Assembly: GCA_030141605.1 (NCBI GenBank)
Contig: JAQGDQ010002087.1
Span: 1 to 15,445 of the forward strand
Origin: Tubiluchus corallicola
Taxonomy: Eukaryota; Animalia; Priapulida
Direction: 5' to 3'
DNA length: 15,445 nucleotides
Shown here one piece after another: positions 11,001-15,445 of the stretch (position 1 is its first letter; every line of letters starts with the position of its first letter). The notes under the pieces were generated by a model that was not told where the DNA came from, did not search any database, and worked only from the letters and a program-made list of their open reading frames with translations. Position numbers and translations under genes: made by a program.

Positions 11001-14000
11001 TCTTTACTTTCTATACTCCACCATACAACATTTACGTACCTTCCAATATGATCACACATGATTAAGAAGCATTTCTGTAATGCTCCAAGTTCTTTACTTT
11101 CTATACTCCGCCATACAACATTTACATACATTCTAATGTGATCACACATGATTAAGAAACATTTCTGTAATGCTCCTAGTTCTTTACTTTATGGACTATA
11201 ATTGAACTTACGTTATTAGTGAAAAAATAAATTCTACGACCAAGAAAAAAATTGCCCCATCTATAAATCATTACTATCGGCTAAATTAACACTCTCTCAT
11301 TGACTATGACTATAACCTATTTGAAACGCTCTAAAATTCAATAAGTATAGACATTTTTGAGAAAATGATTTTGGCAATGCAGCTACAGTTTATGCTGTGC
11401 TGAAACAGCGTGAAATTGTCACAGTTACATGGTTAGAAGATATGTGGACAACTTAGTCTTTTATAGTTACCCGTTTTCCTTTTGACTAAACTTTGTTACT
11501 TTAACACTCTTCATTTTAAGTATCTGCCTGTGAAGTCGAAGGCATGGGAAAAAGCATAAACCTTTGTGTGCTATAATAAAAGTTTTAAGCCTGATGGTTT
11601 TCAAGCAAGATGCAGTATCTTATATGAAATTTCAATTAGTATTTAGACTTTTTCTGCCAGTTGCTCAGGGAGTCTTTTAGAATCATTGTTATGAGAGGAT
11701 ATGATTAAAGTATATAATAAATATATATATAATAAGTATATATATAAAGTATATACACTACAAAACCAATAGATAGGTGTATTTACTCAAACCTGTTCTA
11801 TGTAATTTACTATAATTGTAAAGAGAGAGAGTTATAGAGTAAGGGTGTGCGAATTGCGGCTCGCGAGCCACTTGCGGCCCACCGAGAGAATTTGTCAACC
11901 TAATGAAAGTGCGGCCCGGGTGATTAATTGAGTGTATCCAGCTGAAGTCCGTGCCACGATCCCAAAGATAGTGCGGGTAGTTTTTTCTACTAGATCAGAT
12001 GCCATTAACCCTTACAAGACGGTTGTAGCTTAATGTTGCTGTACTACACAGACTGTGTGATACACATTACTAATATGCATTGTAATGAAATTACCACTAT
12101 CTGTCCCGAAAGTAGAAATATATGGTTTGTAATATAAATTTTCGTAAGTTCTAAAATAGTTTCTTGAGTGTAGTAGCAATGATGTACGCAGGTCGGATGC
12201 AAAAAAATCGTTATTAGGCCTTTCTGTACTCGGCTCCTTGACCAAACTGCATGTGGCCCGCAGCAATTGCGGTAAAGTTTAATGTGGCCCGGCTAGTCAG
12301 ATAATTTGCACACCCCTGCTATAGAGTGTTATGGCTCATATGCCATTGACTTGCACATTACATGGTAATTTCAGCGAGTCAAAGATTTTGTTGGTGCGTA
12401 ATGCTAAAATGGTTTTGTGGCTTTGCATCTTGAAATTAAGTTTAATTAGCAATTTCCATTTTCGTGAAGTTAGACGACATACGACGTTGATCATCGTGAT
12501 TTACCTAATGCATTAATGCTGTCGCCGGTGTTCAGTGTTAACATTCAATAAAGCGTATTAAATACTACATTGTTATATCGATTATAACAACTACATAGAT
12601 TGTAATTTAGCATTAATGTTGCTAATGGATCTACGTAAGCTCATTCTAGGAATAATTTTGCTGTTTTAGGTAAAAGCTCGGATCTCGTTCCAACTTTGCT
12701 ACATTTTGCCGCAAGGTTTAATTTACCTAAGCTGTGTGCAGCAGTTCTTGAGCTGCCTGCTGGTCAGGTCGCGTTGCGCATGGAGAACAAAGTTGGCGAA
12801 ACGCCAAGAAAGCTAGCTGAAAAGTATCAGTACCGTAGTGTTGTTAAATATCTGAAAAGCATGGAGGAGAGGGTATGTATATTACAGTTAGTCGGTGGCC
12901 TTAGTTATCTCACCCAATTATTATTTCTACTTTGAAACAAGTTTTTTTTATATCACTCTGCTATTACAATTGATTAAAGAACCCGATTTTTAAGTATGTA
13001 ATGAAAAGTAATCCTTCAGCTGTGCACTACAAAAGAACTGCACTTATTTTCTTCTGTCCTGATTTTATAATTGTACCACTTTCTTACTAAAAGCAGAGAC
13101 AAGATTTTTAGCATTACTGTTAGTTGCTGTCCATAATCGTTTACATTAAGTTGTTGTTGGCATCCTTCTGTCTCGGAAGACAATGGAGCTGCAGCGTCGA
13201 CTGTGGCTGAGCAGTCCGATCCTTGAACCACTGGAGTGGCCTCTCCAGGGCGCACGCCTGGGCAAGGTGTATGGAGACCCTGAGTTGCCCAGACAACAGG
13301 AACCCCCTCTCTTCCTCCCTGGTGTAGTCCAAAGGAAAGCGGAGCGATACGTTTGGCACCAGGTTGGCTGCAGGAGCTGCCGGAGTCAGTGAGCATGCTG
13401 CAGTGGTCCTCCTTCGGGGCTCCACTCCTGATTTGGAAGCTTTACTCCTCTACACATGGCCGTTGGATCACTTGACCGCTTACGTTAAGTAGGCTCCCTC
13501 ATATCCCAGCTTACCAAGTACTGAATTGTATCAGAAAATTGGTATGTTACTACAATGTGTGACGTTTATGTTTAATATTGCAATTTTTCTTAGCAGGCTC
13601 AAAGAAATGACAGAGTAGTTTCACCTCAGACTCCTCAGACTGGTGTGGAAATTCCAGGTATCAATACTGTTAACTCTCTGTCTATCTAGAAAAAAATTAA
13701 GCATTTTTTGGCACTTAACCTTCATGTTTAGTATAGGAAAACATCTTCCTAAATTCAAGCTTGACACACTATTATATTTGTTACAGTACATGAAACATAA
13801 AACAAAAATAAAAATAAAAATTTTCTCTCAAAATATATTTGTGAGAACTTATTCTTTATTAGAAATAAATTAACTTGGATGCTTACCTTTCTATTTATTA
13901 AGAACTTTATAAAAATTCTAGTGATTAAAAATATATAATTGTTTTTTTTACTTCCAGTCAAGTTTATTAAGTTCTTTTTTAAACTTCATACCTGGTCTTA

Positions 14001-15410
14001 CTCTTATGACTGATGTTGCCTATCTTAGCATTGATTGTATTGCACCTAGTACAGTAGTTTGCAAGGTATCATACCTTACGTCTCGTGTCCTGTGTTCGGT
14101 CTCTTAAATGCCCAACCCATTTTTGGTATTTGAATACTGTTCACAGTCTTTTTTTGCATCATTATTTGTGTTGCATCATCAGCTTGGTCTGAACCAATAG
14201 CTAAAAACATGAATAACATGAAATTTGCACAAATAATCAATGCAATTGGTTTTTCAAAAAAAAAACAGTTACGTACATATGTGGTCTGTTACTCACGATG
14301 TTGCATGGCAGAAATCTGCTTCTATTTCTTCTCATTTACTTCTCTTAGTGCTTCTCTAGTTACTCAGTTCCAAAGTTGTCATAGTTCTTACAGTTAACTC
14401 CTGCTTCACTGTGTCTTACTACATTATTTAAATGTCCCATTATTGATTGATCCTCTTCTTTTAAACTCAGTCTATTGACTATGTAAGTGGGATTATTCAC
14501 AGGGCGTATTAACCAATAGGCTAACTAGGCTATTACAACCTAGAGTGCCGAAGTTTGAGGTGCACCTTATTTTAGGCGCTCAATTTTAAAAAATTCTTAT
14601 TCTCCTCGGGAAAATTTGTCTATTCATTGTTCATATTCATGTAAAAAAAGCATTGTATAACACACCACAGACAGTTACAGAGGCCAATTGCTATATAAGT
14701 GTCACATAACAAAGTATGAGGTACTACACAAACAGCTGGCTGCCCAACCTGCTTCTATATAAGCCCTGATTATACACACGTAATTAACAATAACCATGTA
14801 GAAATTGGGTTAATAGTATTACTAATACACCACAAGTAATTGTTTAATCTGTTCACTTTATAATCAATCATGAATTCACAATACAGTTAGGGAGGACAGA
14901 TCTATCAGCCTAGCGTGTTGTGAAGTCTTGATACGCCTCTGATCATTCATGTTGTAATATATACGCTCATACCAAAGTTGCATTCCCATATCAATGTTAG
15001 TTTATTCTGCAAAAATACAAATTTTCTGTAGTCTACAATTACTGAAATAAGTGCTACAGATTACTACGTTACACTATTGTCCAATATTGAGTCGAGAAAA
15101 AGCCAGAATGTCAGTAAAAGGTAGCAGTATAATTATAAGTCAAATTTTAAATGTAACAGAGACGTGTGTACATAACAAGTTCCACCTATACAATGTCAGA
15201 GTAGAAAAAGTAGTCTAGCTTGTTGAACTACAGTCTAATACATTGTGGCTTCTAATGCATATACTATTTTGGGAAGGGGTAATGGACCAGAACATTTGTA
15301 CCTGCAGCACATGTATAGACACTTCTTCGTATGATATCTGATCTTCAGATGGTTAAAGAAATGTTACACTTTAATATTTTTTCAGCAGATGCTGAGGATC
15401 CAAGCAATAC
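2287..15410 (+). CDS. PIK3AP1-like: Partial multi-exon gene: DBB (Dof/BCAP/BANK) domain + ankyrin adaptor, PIK3AP1/BANK1/Dof family; 7 exons visible, ~280 aa
   Basis: Seven AG/GT-bounded exons join with matching intron phases (0,1,1,1,0,1) and no stop. The spliced product has family landmarks in the expected order: 'FRLYPDKV', 'NKYSFEFTAP', 'L.EATNPQTLLSQVL', 'ELDKYLSSSF', 'PTLLHFAARFNL', 'NKVGETP..LAEK'. Orthology to PIK3AP1 versus BANK1 is not resolvable here. Confidence 0.85.
2571..2912 (-). mobile_element. 5'-truncated Rex1/Babar-like LINE remnant (RT C-terminus, DUF1891-like) with (TTAC)n tail
   Basis: Minus-strand translation QSVAHLYETRVTKRVQVIMKDEF / frameshift / HPGNKYFENAPSGSRYRTVKAKTTRTLNSFYPVAI matches the 'HP...F...PSG.RYR....T.R...SF.P.AI' motif. 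(AGTA)n at 2571-2587. Confidence 0.82.
3138..3463. mobile_element. Tc1/mariner (pogo/Tigger-like) MITE, 326 bp
   Basis: 24-bp TIRs CAGTCGACCCTTGTTAAACCGGAC (3138-3161) and 3440-3463 (22/24); TA TSD (3136-37 / 3464-65); subterminal repeats of (taa)ccgga/tcggataa. Confidence 0.9.
3544..3682 (+). CDS. Exon B: NDQKLLIVTSKEVPDKYEVKVNLKGQTETTHPTKRLNKYSFEFTAP (DBB beta strands)
   Basis: Acceptor ttgtatag (AG 3542-3543); donor CCG|gtaaga at 3683; 139 nt, phase 0 to 1, open frame. Confidence 0.85.
4014..4472 (-). mobile_element. 5'-truncated RTE-group LINE remnant (RT C-terminus, disrupted)
   Basis: Minus strand: IFSASVETVFLYNSELWTL...IDAFQRRNYRNILGIRWPKKISNKDL*, then after a frameshift IKRLRWMGHMLRLPDDVPVKIAL...A.CRESWH. 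GAA-rich tail near 4014-4025. Explains ORF 3986..4387. Confidence 0.88.
4538..5515. repeat. Minisatellite, 65-bp unit x15
   Basis: Unit gtgaatgaactgctgtacagcagaataaaaggagaaagacccgagttcgtttcagtttagtctca; 4538-5512 = 15 x 65; 0-3 substitutions per unit; no spacers. Confidence 0.98.
6823..7254 (-). mobile_element. LINE-like 3' UTR remnant with stem-loop and (ATTGA)-like tail; contains arm 1 of the 296-bp inverted repeat
   Basis: ttcaattcaattttaatttattt tail on +; 10-bp stem aaaggatagc/gctatccttt (6943-6952 / 6979-6988); 6959-7254 is repeated inverted at 8603-8898. Confidence 0.65.
7393..7548 (+). CDS. Exon C: (G)IYAKYRSVQLSVHLMHGEETKTLGSVKLPYQRNWDVLTEATNPQTLLSQVL (DBB)
   Basis: Acceptor ttcttttcag (AG 7391-7392); donor TGG|gtaagc at 7549; 156 nt, phase 1-1, open. 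'L..A.NP...L.Q' motif of DBB proteins. Confidence 0.88.
7976..8176 (-). mobile_element. LINE-like 3' end remnant related to 1077-1297
   Basis: (AGTA)n at 7976-8007, then tttattt, and the hairpin gggtgg-cgaagaactaaaagttaccaaagtcaa-ccaccc. Confidence 0.6.
8603..8898 (+). repeat. Arm 2 of the 296-bp inverted repeat (reverse complement of 6959-7254)
   Basis: Manual alignment gives about 9 mismatches in 296 bp with equal lengths; flanked by a 46-bp direct repeat (8554-8599 / 8896-8941). Confidence 0.95.
9733..9846 (+). CDS. Exon D: (G)LDSQYEIDELDKYLSSSFTALETAQLEVLSHSLLNNR (DBB C-terminal helices)
   Basis: Acceptor ctttgtctag (AG 9731-9732); donor GAG|gtaaga at 9847; 114 nt, phase 1-1. 'ELDK.L..S' motif. 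Confidence 0.85.
10205..11190. repeat. Minisatellite, 90-bp unit x~11
   Basis: Unit actccaccatacaacatttacataccttccaatatgatcacacataattaagaaacatttctgtaatgctcgaagttctttactttctat; period 90; generates ORFs 10190..11149(-) and 10540..10881(+). Confidence 0.98.
11840..12318. mobile_element. hAT (Charlie/Buster-like) MITE, 479 bp
   Basis: TIRs TAAGGGTGTGCGAATT / AATTTGCACACCCCTG (13/16); 8-bp TSD ttatagag (11832-39) / ctatagag (12319-26) with central TA; repeated subterminal gYggccc motifs. Confidence 0.88.
12670..12872 (+). CDS. Exon E: (G)KSSDLVPTLLHFAARFNLPKLCAAVLELPAGQVALRMENKVGETPRKLAEKYQYRSVVKYLKSMEER (ankyrin repeats)
   Basis: Acceptor tgttttag (AG 12668-12669); donor AGG|gtatgt at 12873; 203 nt, phase 1 to 0. 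'PTLLHFAA...L...LP....A....N..G.TP..LAEK' is the BCAP/BANK1 ankyrin signature. Confidence 0.92.
13150..13476 (-). mobile_element. Short non-autonomous RTE-derived element (5'-UTR-like part fused to a very short 3' end), ~327 bp
   Basis: GC-rich island. The minus strand ends ...ccattgtcttccgagacagaaggatgcc(aac)n; the body carries ggagtggagcccc, ctcctgc...ctggtgccaaacgtatc and gccctggagagg, recalled from RTE 5' regions. Degenerate TSD cgtttacattaagt (13138-13151) / cgcttacgttaagt (13477-13490), 12/14. Confidence 0.75.
13597..13657 (+). CDS. Exon F: AQRNDRVVSPQTPQTGVEIP (low-complexity linker); alternative start at 13594
   Basis: Polypyrimidine tract + tagcag tandem acceptor; donor CAG|gtatca at 13658; phase 0 to 1, compatible with neighbours. 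Confidence 0.6.
14500..14941. mobile_element. hAT-type MITE, 442 bp
   Basis: TIRs CAG-GGCGTATTAA / TTGATACGCCTCTG; 8-bp TSD attattca (14492-99) / atcattca (14942-49), 7/8; subterminal taggct/agccta motifs. Confidence 0.75.
15386..15410 (+). CDS. Candidate microexon G: (A)DAEDPSNT; alternative start at 15389
   Basis: ttttttcagcag acceptor and gtaagc donor at 15411; open in phase 1. No homology support. Confidence 0.45.
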
Positions 15411-15445
15411 GTAAGCGATGTACTTCGTTCAGTTACGTATTGCTG

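Noticed and set aside
13016-13425. Three overlapping ORFs (126, 94, 69 aa)
   Set aside because: They are a by-product of the GC-rich retroelement and show no recognisable protein motif.
1828-14397. Remaining short ORFs in the track (e.g. 1828..2151, 2224..2490, 3559..3828, 5631..5897, 12030..12266, 13643..13873, 14209..14397)
   Set aside because: They are antisense shadows of exons or transposons, or AT-rich chance frames without motifs or compatible splice sites.

Overview
AT-rich eukaryotic (animal-type, probably invertebrate) genomic DNA, mostly intronic. No operons, rRNA, tRNA or CRISPR are visible. On the + strand, seven phase-compatible GT-AG exons (2287-2430, 3544-3682, 7393-7548, 9733-9846, 12670-12872, 13594/13597-13657, 15386/15389-15410) splice into about 280 aa of a DBB + ankyrin adaptor of the PIK3AP1(BCAP)/BANK1/Dof family. 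Neither gene end is visible. The non-exonic sequence holds two RTE-derived short elements with target-site duplications, RTE and Rex-Babar RT remnants, three LINE-like 3' ends, one Tc1/mariner-type MITE, two hAT-type MITEs, and two minisatellites (65 bp x15; 90 bp x11). Highlight 1: a 500-bp internally deleted RTE (1640-2139, 16-bp TSD) whose first base coincides with the cleavage site of a twister-ribozyme-like fold. Highlight 2: a 296-bp, ~97% identical inverted repeat bracketing a single frame-symmetric exon, with its second arm flanked by a 46-bp direct repeat. Family assignments come from recalled motifs, not database searches.
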